Assembly (NCBI RefSeq): GCF_003918875.1
Contig: NW_025765593.1
Span: 62,001 to 126,000, forward strand
Direction: 5' to 3'
Source: Haliotis rubra
Lineage: Eukaryota
DNA length: 64,000 nt
Both the position numbers and the translations under genes were made by a program. The notes below the pieces were generated by a model. It did not search any database, had not been told where the DNA came from, and was given only the letters and a program-made list of their open reading frames with translations. Positions 52,501-64,000 of the stretch are shown piece after piece; position 1 is the first letter of the stretch, and each line of letters starts with the position of its first letter.

Positions 52501-55500
52501 TTCTGAAATTAGACAGAGGCGCCACTTGATTGTACATATACAATCCTGTAAACAACAGAACAAATTCATAGTTTGCAAGTGTTTCAATCAACATCAGTTT
52601 ACCAACCGTTTTCCAATGCAGGCTCAAACCAGTGAAAGAATGTAAGGTTGCACTTCCAACATAGACATGCGCCTGGATATCTGTTGTAAATGGCTGAGAC
52701 CCAATTCCAACCGTGTACGTAATGGCAGTTATTCCATTGTCAAATCCATACCATCTCGCTGTTAATGTTCGTGTTGATATTTGGTAGTCTGTGTCATCAG
52801 TACGCTGAAAGTATACAGACATATTTATGTCTTCCATGGTCATCACACATGCTACAGGGACGATGTGTTTGTCGAGTATATAAAACAAACATTAATAATG
52901 TTGGGCCATTTTCGAAATTAGCTTTGACTGACCTGACCTGGTTAGAACACCACGAACGCATAGTAAGTGAGTGAGTGAGTATAGTTTTACGCCACACTTA
53001 GCAACATCCCAGCTATATGGCGGCGGTCTGTAAATAATCGAGTCTGGACCAGACAATACAACATACATGGATGAATAGATGAACGTTCAGTATTTCTGTG
53101 TACTGACACTATTTCGTGGTCACTCTTCAGCTTGAGTGAGTGAGTTTTGTTTTACGCCGCACTCTGCAATATTCCAGCTATATGGCGGCGGTCTGTAAAT
53201 AATCGAGTCCCGACCAGACAATCCGGTGATCAACAGCATGAGCATCGATCTACGCAATTGGGAATCGATGACATGTGTCAACCAAGACAGCGAGCCTGAC
53301 CACCCGATCCCGTTTGTCGCCTTTTATGACAAGCATGGGTTACTGAAGGCTCATTCTAACCCGGACCTTCACGGGTACGAACGCATAGTATCACCCATAG
53401 GAGAATATTGTAGTACATGAGTTCATGAGGTAATGAATGATCTACAAACATATAGATATAAATAATGCAAACAGAAAATAATGGAAAGAAAACATTTGTT
53501 GTATAAATAGCAGAAGATTCAAAAGCAAAATGTATCCAGTTGAACATGGCAAGGGTTGTACTTATGGGATACAAGAACTAAAATAATGATCTCAAAATAT
53601 TCAAAGGCTATATCCCTTTCTTTACACGTCAGCATAACACTATCTTTATTACCAGAAACTCACGAAACAATAACAGGTTGTATAAGCAATGAAGTGGCCT
53701 ACTAATCACGACATTTATGACAATACGTCTCGAAGACTATAGTTACTGACTTAATACGTGATGACAGAACTATCCACTATCGATAAAAAGAAAGCTGAAG
53801 AGTGTTTGAAATATTATTAACGTGATCGAATCATGCATATCATGTAAAATACAGATTATATAAATCACTAGCATAAAATTGTGTGAACCTGTTTGTTTCG
53901 TGATATGATATTCAACCACACATTCGCGTTCGTTTGCCGAATACGTGATAAATAACATTAAAGATACACATACCGGTATTGTGAACAAGGATTCTTCTCC
54001 AGCTGGAATAACGTCTTCTACTACACCACGTAACGGCGGCATGACGGTATGGACGTAGGGTTCAGACACTGCCACTGTAGACAGTCCAACTATGTTGGTG
54101 ACTCTGACTGACACAAAGTAGGTGTGGCTGTGATGGAGGTCCCAGTGGACGTCTGTGAGGGCGACAGCTGTACACGTGGGTGGCGACGTCAGTGTACAAC
54201 CTCCTCCTGACTGCAGCGTCGTGAAGGGGATTATTGTCGACTTGCCGTCCTTAGTTCCTGACGAACATAATGTAAGTGCAATGGCAGTTTCATAGGCGTT
54301 TGAAATAAGATGAAGGATATTAGAGCGATAACGACTGCACATACCTACTGCAGCTTCATATTTTAGATACCCAGTGTCTGTGAATGCTGTCTCTGGCCAA
54401 CGTGCAATCAAATAGTTGTGTCTCAGCGTCACTGTCACTGATCCAGTAAATGCAGGGTATCGTGTATACACGGTGACAGGTCCAACAACCTTTAATGAAA
54501 ACAGTTACATCTGGTCATTTCGTTCAAATACGTGTGTTTACGCAAAGAGTCATCAGTCCAAAGAAATTGATGCATATATTCTTCATAAACATACAACATG
54601 AAACATAAGTGATTCTCTTGTGTGCCCTTACTCTGACAGTTGAGATGCCAGCTTTGTTGATGGCCTTGATGGCGATGTAGAACTGTTGTCCCTCACTGAG
54701 ACGAGGATGGTAGCCCTGATATTGAGGATGATGATGAGTGGATGTGTAGGGCAGGATATCTGGAGCTGCTTCACCAGAAGGATCTGACATCAGCCCCAGC
54801 TCGTAGTCATAGATACCACTCTCAGAGTCACTGCCAGTCCAGTTTACGAAGAGCTGGGAAACAATCAAACACTTTACTGAAAGCAGTGTACAGTTTATAA
54901 ATAGACGACACATGATCAAAAACTGAACTGAGATACGGATAAAAACGTTGTTACTGTACACAAATAATCAAATACTGATATGATAAGCTGGAGAAAACAT
55001 TGTTAAGTTTCACAAATAATGAGTATTAAAATATACACAAAGGGTGTGCATGCTGGTACTTCATTGCGATCTTCATTACATAAGGTACTCACATGGTGTT
55101 CCCTGTAGACATAGAGTAAGTTGGTGAAGCTGACAGGTAATGCTAGTAAAGATTCACACTCAGGATTGATCCCAAGTTGCATCCCACTTCCATTGTTGTA
55201 TCGATGTATTGGAAACAGGGACATTCTCTGGTCATCTACTGGCGTGGCCTTGGAACTGGAGACAGTTACATGATGTATCTGTGTGATGGCTAACTGTATA
55301 CTGTATACTGGAGTATTGTAAACGATATTAATGTTGCTTGTGAGTTACTGATTACTTATAATGAGGAAACTGTTTAACGATAAATAGGTTTAGAGTTATC
55401 CTCGTTACCAAATGACTATTTAATTACAGATAGGTGGCATCGAATTTGATGTTGAATTTGATGAGACAAACTTGAACTGGTTGTGGGCATGAGATCAAAG

Positions 55501-58500
55501 TCGGCTAATCATGACGTCGACGATCACATCGTGAAATTGCGTTCATATCGGGGGAAAGTAGGATTCTTTTATAAGAACATGTGCATAGCCTTGAGTTCAG
55601 ATGTAAAATCAAAACTCAAATCATTCAGGATAAATTGTCGTTTCAAGAATTAGAAAGACGACAATGTTCCTTCTTCCAAATAAGACAATGTAAATTACCG
55701 ATGACAACAGCCCCGAACATAAATCCAGAATAATGTCAGAAAATATTCAATCAGACACAATGCTAATTTTTAATATGGTCCAACAGTCACCTGTTGCATA
55801 TCCAGTTGTTATCCTCCTGGTATCAGCATGATGTTTATTGGTAATTCTTCAGGCAAAATTACAATTACGTTTTTAAACCTCCAACCGGATTTCATCTATC
55901 GTGGTATTATGTGAAAATGAGAAATAAAATTAAGTACTTTCAATGATACTGGAAGTATGACCATCACACACGACAGTCACGTATCACAGAATTAGAAGAA
56001 AAATACAAAAAAACCGCATACACTTTTCACTAAACTGTTGTACCTGCAACTGCCATCTGGATTGACCACCAGGGTACGTCTCCTGTGGGCGTCGATGAAC
56101 CACACAACTTTATCTGATGACTTGACCAGCCCCTCCATCACCCTAGAGTCTCTCACTGCCACCTCACTGACACTGGGTGGTGTTGTGTCTACAGTCACTC
56201 CGTCAGAACACACGGGGTCAGATGCTCCCAGTGCTCGGTTGAAGGCCACCACTGTCACGTGAAACTTGCCGACAGAGGGCGCTGTCCAGGAGGCGGATGT
56301 GGAATAGGTTTCCGTGACCTACATGTGATGAGTGAATGATCCGAAATATTTAGACAGATTTGTGTGATTTTTACAAGAGAAAAACAACAACATCATTTCA
56401 TCTTATCTCCAGTACAGAAACACACACACACACGCACGCATGCACGCCCCACCCATGCACGCACACATGGTACTTCCATATTATCTACATTCACCACATT
56501 TTCTAATTCATCGATCACATGATTGTCTGGTTTGTTTTCAGGTAGTCGTCGCATGGCAGGGGTACTGCGAAAATACTTCCAGTTTTAGGCAACTGTTGTG
56601 AATGGAGTATGATACTTGTAGGGCAGGAGATGCTTAGCCTTTTGGCATGAACATGGTGTCATCACTGGTTTTCAGTGATCCATTCACATGACTCACGCAG
56701 CCAGTTTTCCCCTTTACAGCAAACAGAATTGGTTTCAAGGATAGTCAAAACTGTGTATTCTTTAACGCTGACGTTCTATATTTACCTCAAATGAAGATTT
56801 ATTAACTCCAAATTCATTTGCTGAGAGACATTGAGGCCCAAATTTATATTGGTAAAATTTGACTCCGCTCTCTTTGTCAAAAAATCCGTCCCATTGGCTG
56901 GAGAGTTGGAGATGCTGCTGGTAGTCCACTTCCGGGTTCCCTATCTGACCATCCTTAACAACGCCAGGATGAGGGGGGCTTGTATCAACTGTAACCTGGA
57001 CAAGGTCGTGGAACAGCATGTTAGGAAATAGATCATGTGTATATTGATCAAAAGGAAATCATATATACTTGTATTGAACGCATAGAAGCGATTTCCATCA
57101 ATCATACGAAAGTTTCACTTACTTTAAACTCCATCTTTGTTTTAAGCTTGGCACGGTTTGTCACATTGACCTCTAGGTAGTAGTCAGAGTCGTGTGATCC
57201 CCTGCTTTTGTTGCTGAATATTCCACCATGTGGGAGACTACTGTCTACTACGATGGGCTTTACTTGGAAGTGACGATGGTAGCAAACTTTGGCTGGCGTG
57301 CAGTAACAGTTAGCTCCCCTTGGGGCATCAGTGTAGGCTCTCTTGCAGTTAGCAATACTCTGTGTTATTTACATACCAGATATTTTTAACAATACAGTTA
57401 GCTTTTGAGACATATGGTCATTAATATTATTGATGGTGTCTGACCAACCTCCATTGTCAAATATGTGATAAAGTGTGTTTAACAAGAGAAGTAATGGAGT
57501 AAAGCGCATGTTCCATTACCGCAAGAAGTACAACTATGGCATACATAGGTGTGTACTGAAAACTACTTACACTTGTGTCCCCTTGAGCCGTGATATGCTG
57601 AACTCCATGCACGATATCTAAACCCCGGTATTTATCTACAATACGCCATGACACCGTCTCCAAGCCACTGTGCTCATCGTATGCAATCCACTCCATTCTG
57701 AAATTGCATAACAAAGTTTGACAATTCATCACATCAGACCGTTGTCTCGGAGATTTTACCGTGATCAAGGTAGTCCACTGTTTTGAGTAGTACACTGGTA
57801 AAGTTGGACGAAGGGCAAAATACAGGTCATGTCCCCGATATAAGTCTCAAATGTTTGTGAAAGGGAATCTAAAAACGAACCAAAAATAATATTATTTCTG
57901 TATAATTATCTATTAATGAACACCATAAGTAAACAAAAGACGCGTCATTTCGGAAGTACTTAGGTAAAGTTGGACGAAGGGAAAAATACATCTCATGACA
58001 TGTTTACTTAGTCAAAATATTTATTTATCCAAATTCTTAAAGTGAATCTAGAAATGAACTAACAATAATGCTGCTGAATTATAATAATTAATTAATTAGC
58101 GCCATATTAAAACAAGGACTTGCGTCATTTCGGAAAACTCCTCAGCTCCATGTACACTGATGTTGAGTCGGTCTCCCCTGGTCAGCCAAAGGTTCTCTAT
58201 GACTGGGGGTGATGTGTCGATGTGGACTGTCACATGTTCTTCAAGGAATTCGCGTCTGATGTCATAGGCTCGTATCCAGAAGCGTACAGTGTCCCCGTCC
58301 ACTAGTGAGGGTGTTATGGTCTGTGATTGACTCAGAGCTTGACTGGTGAACAGGCTATCAGCTGGTGGACTGGTGATGGACGATCCTCCTTGGTGGTCAA
58401 CTTTGTATGACGACAAGAATTGTGTTACACCTGTTGAACATACATGACCATACTCAGTTATCAGAAGAGGGAGATGCTTGGGATTTCAGCGGTAAAAGTT

Positions 58501-61500
58501 AACAAACAAAACGATTATGAATGCTTCTATATGGCCATTATTAGTTGATTCGTTGAATAAGTGTGTATACACCAATGATGGATTGTTGTTATCTTGTGAT
58601 AAATGCGTCATTATATATGAGATTCCAGAACATGTGTACGTTCTATATAAACAAGCCTGCAAATTGTGCCAACCTTGAACATTGTTGATGGCAGCCACAC
58701 TTCTGTCACCCTCCTTATCATCATAGCCCGAGCTGATGTAACCCAGAGAAGCTACGCCAAGGAGCCACTTGTTGTTGAGATGGACTGTGTTGATGTATCT
58801 GTTGGTCCAGTCTACTGTCACTGATGATGATGTAGATTGCCACTTTGATGTTGCTGATGATGCTGTTGTCACACGGAGAGATGTATTTGCTCGTGTTGTT
58901 ACAGTTGAAGTACCATCATATATCAATATTCTTCTTGTACTTCTGTGATTACCTCCCTTGTCATAGGCAGTTAGGACGACAGAATACACGCCCGCCGTAG
59001 TCAGTGTGAAGCTGTTGGACGTCTGAAACATGTACATATGGAAACAATACATACATCTGTAAACTGAACACGTGACCACACACCGTGACAGATCGATTGT
59101 CAATGGAATTAATGTCCTTGTCAGTTCAAGTGTCATGTTCATGTCAGTTCAGATTTGTTTAGCTGGATCAAGTACTTATTTTTACTACTTATTTGTGAAG
59201 GTAACACACACGTGCGTAAGCACATGTATACACACACACACGCGCGCGCATGCATTCACATAGCGCTTTCTATATTCACGAGACTGCAAATAATCAACCA
59301 TGATTTGTATTCATGTAAATATTGGAACCACAATTCCTCACATTTGAGCTTGTCAACGTTGTAGTCTTAACACGACGTTTATCCCTGAGTACACCCCCCA
59401 ACAGCGTGGAGTTCATACACGTCCTTGACAAAGTAGTCGACTCCTGCATCAGTATCTGACCAGCCACTCCAGCGGAAGTTCACTGTGGGCTGAAACAAGT
59501 AACAGATTCATTCTTCCTGTATACAATTAACATCGGGTGTGAAAGTGAAATATAACTATGGTCACATACTTACAGTCTTGATAACATCGGGAACAGTCAG
59601 CATGCTGCCAACACAGGCAGTGGTACCAGTACAGTGATAGGGATCCACCAGGTCTATGGACATAGTAAAGGTGTGGGTCTGTGTGGCACCGTTGTAGTAG
59701 TAGGTCACTAGTGTGTTACTCTCCTTGTCCCGAACCTCCACATACCCTCCATTACTTGTTGAATAAGTGAATTCCATACTGAAAACAATCATGTCAAAAT
59801 ATATACAGAATTCTACAAATGGTGAAAATTATATCAATTGAGAAACAGTTGCACTGTAGTTCATCAACGTTCTGTTGACTAACTTACACTGTACACAGTA
59901 GTGGCCACTTAACTTGTCAACATAGCGAGTGTACATATGATCATATTGATAGTAGACTTATATACACAATTATTCGTTTCATTATTCAACATTCAAAATA
60001 ACGCACGGTGTCTGTATCGTAGCTAGCCCCTCCCCACCACTCACACATCTCTGTGTTGGAAGGGCAGAGGTAGTACAGACGTCCCTTGTGGGTTTCCTTC
60101 ACATGTGTACAGGTCTGTGTCCGGGCTGGTTCGGCTGGCTCCTCCACAGTTATAGACCTTAGTGGAGACAACACCTGCACCTTGGTACAACAACACAGTC
60201 AGCTGAGTGAATAATGTTTTCAGATAATGATGAAACAACAAAACTCGAGTTGATCAGTTAGGTGATTCAGGTTATGTTCTCGCCGACACATCATTTTATC
60301 GCTGTTTGATGATGATACATAAACGCATGCTCGTGATATAGTCGGAATTGAACAGTGGACTTGAATGTGGAAAGGGTACTTGATTATGAATTCACCACCG
60401 TATATACCGTTGTAAAGCCAGATAAACTGTACAATATAATACCTGACACGTTAGGTATACGTTCCAACTTCGAACGTATGCAGCAAAATGTCACATTATT
60501 CATACTGTGCCCTCTGATATTCGACATACCTCTCTTTAGTTTGAATGTAGAAGAACCACTGACAATTCCCACACGGAAGTCTTCAATGAAGGCATGTCTG
60601 GACGGAGGTACCATTTTGTATTCTCCCGTAAACTTGTAGTACATTCTGGATGGAGAGTTGATGTTTGACCAGCTGGTGGACTGAGATGGACCACTGTTGA
60701 TGTCGGGAGGTGCCTCTGCCGTGTCACCGTTGCTGGTGGTCAGTCTAAGGCGGTTGAAGTGTATTGTGGGCTTCGTTGTTACTGTAACATACTTGTATTG
60801 TATAAACAAAAAACGAATGTACAAAATATACGAACAAATACGATAAACGACAGTACAAAAGATTTACAATTTCGTTGACATTTCCAGTTCAAACGTTTCT
60901 ATTCATACGGTGTCCATTTCGCTAAAGGGAACTACTTAAATATGGAAAATCAACGCCAGTGAAAGGCCAATGCCGATCATCCATAGAAACAGATTCAAAG
61001 AATCCTGAAGCAACATATAGCGCTGAAAAGTATATAACGAATGAATCACCGAAAGTCAATGATGGCACAAGGTCTTCGAGAAAAAAAGGTAAGCACGCCT
61101 GGCGCTACTGGCAGCACCTGTCATTTACACCTTGCAAACGAAAAAGAAGCTTTAAGTGCTTGTTGTTTGCTACTTGTATTCCCAGGAAGCGTCAACTCAC
61201 TTGTCTGACAATGTTTCCCTGTGAAGCCACTGGAGCAGGCACAGTTACTGGCGTACTCGTTCCTGCAGGTTCCGGGATAACACCGGGTGCTGTCACTCCG
61301 CCAGGAACACGCCTCTGTAGACACAAATGTGGGATCTGGCTTCACAGCATGGTCAGTTAAGTATCTAAATCTGTATTGTTCGTTGACGGCAAGGCATATT
61401 CTTACTTCGACAGGGGCGGTGGGGTAGCCTAGTGGTTAAAGCGTTGGCTCGTCACACCGAAGACCCGGGTTCGAATCCCCACATGGGTGCAATGTTTAAA

Positions 61501-63607
61501 GCCCATTTCTGGTGTCCCCCGCCGTGATGTTGCTAGAATATTGCTAATAGCGGCGTAAAACCAAACTCAGTCAGTCTTACTTCGACATGATCATTTGTTG
61601 TAATAAGAAACAATATACGTAAAACCGATGTCCACTTCCTGGCTTTTGACTAAAAACGATTTTGTTTTATTTGACATATCCAGAGATAGAGTCGAAGGAT
61701 ACCATACAAATAGATATCAATAAAACCCATTTCAGTAATAAAAGACCAGGGAATAGAAGAAATAATATGTTTAGATTGAAAATTCTGAGGGTTTGCTTGT
61801 ATGTTGTTTTGTTCATAACTCGATGAACTGTGATAATATCAGTAGGAACCTAACAACATGCATTTGTGTAAGTGGGGGATATATTGTTGAGTCGTTATTC
61901 ACCAATTGCAACTCACGTATGCAAGATCTGTTATCAGAAGACGCCACATACGCCATGTGTCCTGCCTGGCCCAGCACGACCCCATCACAGCGACTACACA
62001 CCTGGTTGCTGCTGCTGGTGCATGTCTCCAGGTCACAGTTACTGATGGCGCTGCACACTGGCAATGGTAATATGTGACAACGTGAATTTTGAGCTGGGAA
62101 CGCAGATAACGCAGAAATATATTATGGTCACAAAAGCTTTTACAAGTGAGCCAGCTGTGGTCAACACCTCATTTCCAGTCATGCAAGCTTAATTTTAGGA
62201 AAAAAGATACAAATGGCGTTTACGATTTTAGTACAAACCACGAGTATGGCGCTGATAGCACAAGAAACAAAATCGGGGATTCAAACCCGCATGTGTAGGT
62301 TTATAGCATACCAAAGGGAAGTAACGCCGCGACACGAATGGCGGCACATACACGTCCCCGACATGAATGAATCGACTGAGCCTTAATGCACGTACTTCTG
62401 CAGCGTTCATTGCTGGGGTAAAAGCCTTCATTACAGTTGGCACAGATCCTAGGGGAGGTACAGCTGCCCCCACTCTTGTACTGTGTCCTGCCGTTACTGT
62501 AGACGATGTGAGATGTCCTGTATTCGATGTTGCAAGCAGCGGACTGTATCTGATTGTCACATACAGCTGCAATGTTTAGATGGTGTTTCATTGTTACAGT
62601 ATGTGACTGAAACCATCAATGTCAAATCATGAGAAATCCGAGGTATCTTGTATTATTTGCCTAGATGGGATTAAAAGAAAGAACGCATGTTTGCATGCAT
62701 TAGTGAGCCTTACAAAAACATGTTTGTGTATGACAATCAACAGTTCTACCAGAATACATTCCACGACCCGTCCAACCTTATGTTATACATATCAAGGTAT
62801 ACAGATGATCAGATCATTATGACAACAATTTTAGTGAGACCAGACGTTGCTCAGTCCAAGTAGCACAATTCACTTACGATGTGGGCAGCCTTTGCTATCT
62901 GTTGATCTGTACCCTGATTTGCATCTGTAATTTGTGACCGGCCTCTTCCTGGTAGTAGAAAACGTGTTCTCCTACGATGCCTTTAATATTGTCAACACAG
63001 GAATGTGCAACTTCGTAACAATATTTATATCATGTATCCTTTAATATTCGGACATAGTGCGGGCATCGATTACGATTGGTCACTACAGATCAGAAAGAGG
63101 ATTTCCGTTTGTCATATAGGTCAACGGTGATGCCCTGACCTTCAGAAAATGTGATCAGAACATAACTAAATCATCGTTCAAAAGCCATTAACAGGGAGAC
63201 TGGTCAAATCAGGAAGATGTATGTATTCAAAAAAGAACATTATGAATGATAACCAATGTTTTTAAGTACAGATGTTTTTACCTGTATCTTGTGCACCGGC
63301 CCCACTTCCAAAACCCACACTTCGTTGTGTAACCTGATGACCTGTAAGTTGTATACGCCTCTACGTTTACACTGAAAGGAAAGTAAGACTTGGAGATTGC
63401 ATTTTTTCTTCACCCCACACATGCATTCAAACGAGTTGCATCTTTACTGAGAAATGCCTACAACTATCCATGCATGTGAACAACATCCAATGACTGGGGA
63501 CTCATTTCTAGTGTCTTATTTACGAACAAGTACGAAAGTGAACACCCCTCTTAGAATTGGAAATATATACCACCGTGAACTTGTCACAGTGGAATACTGT
63601 TTCCTCT
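37261..63607 (-). CDS. Copy B: giant multi-exon gene (~53 exons, ~3,360 aa) for an uncharacterised, probably secreted EMI-like/EGF-like + ~20 FN3/Ig-like repeat + CBM-like protein; two 1-bp homopolymer frameshifts as assembled
   Basis: Hand-built exons with GT(GC)-AG boundaries and matching phases, 5'->3': 63571-63607 (tentative), 63282-63341, 62878-62948, 62396-62566, 61917-62057, 61201-61314, 60530-60781, 60045-60180, 59574-59778, 59342-59489, 58674-59022, 58124-58430, 57571-57697, 57123-57359, 56786-56995, 56044-56318, 55093-55255, 54632-54853, 54345-54489, 53974-54257, 52607-52804, 52364-52502, 51882-51916, 51230-51357, 50634-50866, 50372-50539, 50092-50263, 49719-49964, 49404-49624, 49151-49256, 48908-49024, 48497-48629, 47631-47805, 47095-47371, 46824-47013, 46473-46687, 46158-46387, 45670-45823, 45371-45549, 45089-45229, 44838-45003, 44482-44614, 44241-44362, 43948-44084, 43685-43832, 43353-43547, 43037-43240, 42190-42948, 41503-41718, 41266-41361, 40287-40612, 37791-37992, 37261-37538 (TGA). 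Recurrent motif e.g. VVDTTPPSTGHVYD..DKDY..WEGFDDPHS..YKVKVGT; WRGFSDPESGLDYYEWRVGT. Confidence 0.85.
38000..40187. repeat. Same 29-bp minisatellite expanded to ~75 units, with a 232-bp (8-unit) higher-order repeat
   Basis: Variant CCAAGAACTGG recurs at 38651, 38883, 39115 and 39347. Confidence 0.95.
40673..40832. mobile_element. 160-bp MITE of the same family; copy B only at this position
   Basis: Termini TACTCATGGAAAG...CTTTCCATGAGTA; empty site gtatatatatg at ~906-916 in copy A. Confidence 0.85.
42190..42948 (-). CDS. Largest exon (759 nt), copy B: CBM/galactose-binding-like module
   Basis: NLVKNPSFE...WNKHTYRFTA...LDHVSV; same exon boundaries as copy A. Confidence 0.65.
52966..53375 (-). 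mobile_element. SINE family 2, equivalent copy in B, carrying an internal 165-bp insert
   Basis: Perfect TSD acgaacgcatagta; extra segment 53058-53222. Confidence 0.85.
61201..63341 (-). CDS. Copy B N-terminal exons: EMI-like segment and EGF-like units
   Basis: Homologous exons, e.g. SSGYTTKCGFWKWGRCTRYR|KRPVTNYRCKSGYRSTDSKGCPH and CACSSGFTGKHCQT. Confidence 0.7.
61413..61574 (+). mobile_element. tRNA-derived SINE (equivalent insertion in copy B)
   Basis: Perfect TSD tcttacttcgaca on both sides. Confidence 0.85.
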
Positions 63608-64000
63608 CTGTAATTCCTTTTATAGCCCAAATTATGCAAAACCCAGAACCCGTTTAATCCATGGAAGGGGAATTCGGATATTTGTCGTTTGGGGTGACAA
63701 TTTTGCCTTCCCGTTTTTACTTCAATTTATGATTCTGTTTGTCCAAAAAAGTATTAAGATCTACAAAGCTTCTGGGTTGAGTTTACCTGCCCATTAATAT
63801 AAACCTTTCAACAAAAAAGAAACACACAAGCCAAAAAAGTTGAACATAGGTATTGTTGTCATTGTCAGCATTAATTCAGTTCACGCCCTGCACATTCCAA
63901 CAGGCAGCTGTGAACTGTGGCACACCTCTCGTTGTTTTCACACAAGTGCCAATGTGAAATATATTATACCTAACCCACAATTAGAATAGCTCGGAGACTG

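Larger units (their letters stand above)
37969..64000. repeat. Tandem segmental duplicate of 1..26484 (offset ~37.5-39.6 kb)
   Basis: Collinear exon and intron identity: cagcgtatctccctcaatacc at 1 and 37969; ...cggagactg ending at 26484 and 64000. Confidence 0.95.

Noticed and set aside
37261-63607. Identity with known giant repeat proteins (VERL, titin/twitchin, usherin, receptor phosphatases, hemocyanin)
   Set aside because: No ZP, kinase, laminin-G, PTP, transmembrane or copper-binding motifs seen, and the repeat signature differs, so no gene symbol is assigned.

Overview
Eukaryotic (invertebrate, most likely molluscan) genomic DNA. The tRNA-derived SINEs with (ACTC)n/(AGTC)n tails resemble abalone-type SINEs; this is from memory, not verified. 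The window holds two tandem minus-strand copies of one very large multi-exon gene. Copy A spans 1..~26100 with its 3' end cut by the window edge. Copy B spans 37261..~63607 with its stop codon present and its first (signal-peptide) exon not identified. By hand I reconstructed 53 phase-consistent exons (~10.1 kb CDS, ~3,360 aa). The protein has an N-terminal EMI-like segment and EGF-like cysteine-rich units, roughly 20 FN3/Ig-like repeats with a D[TS]xPP..DG..DxD[YF]Q..WxGFxDxESGI..Y..G signature, one galactose-binding/CBM-like module, and no C-terminal transmembrane helix. N-terminal exons differ between copies almost only at non-synonymous sites while an adjacent intron is nearly identical. 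As assembled, both copies carry ORF lesions. Introns and the ~11 kb intergenic region contain SINEs, copy-specific MITE and LINE insertions with target-site duplications (TSDs), decayed Tc1 and pogo-like transposases, a 29-bp minisatellite with an 8-unit higher-order repeat, and a minimal Penelope-type hammerhead ribozyme motif.
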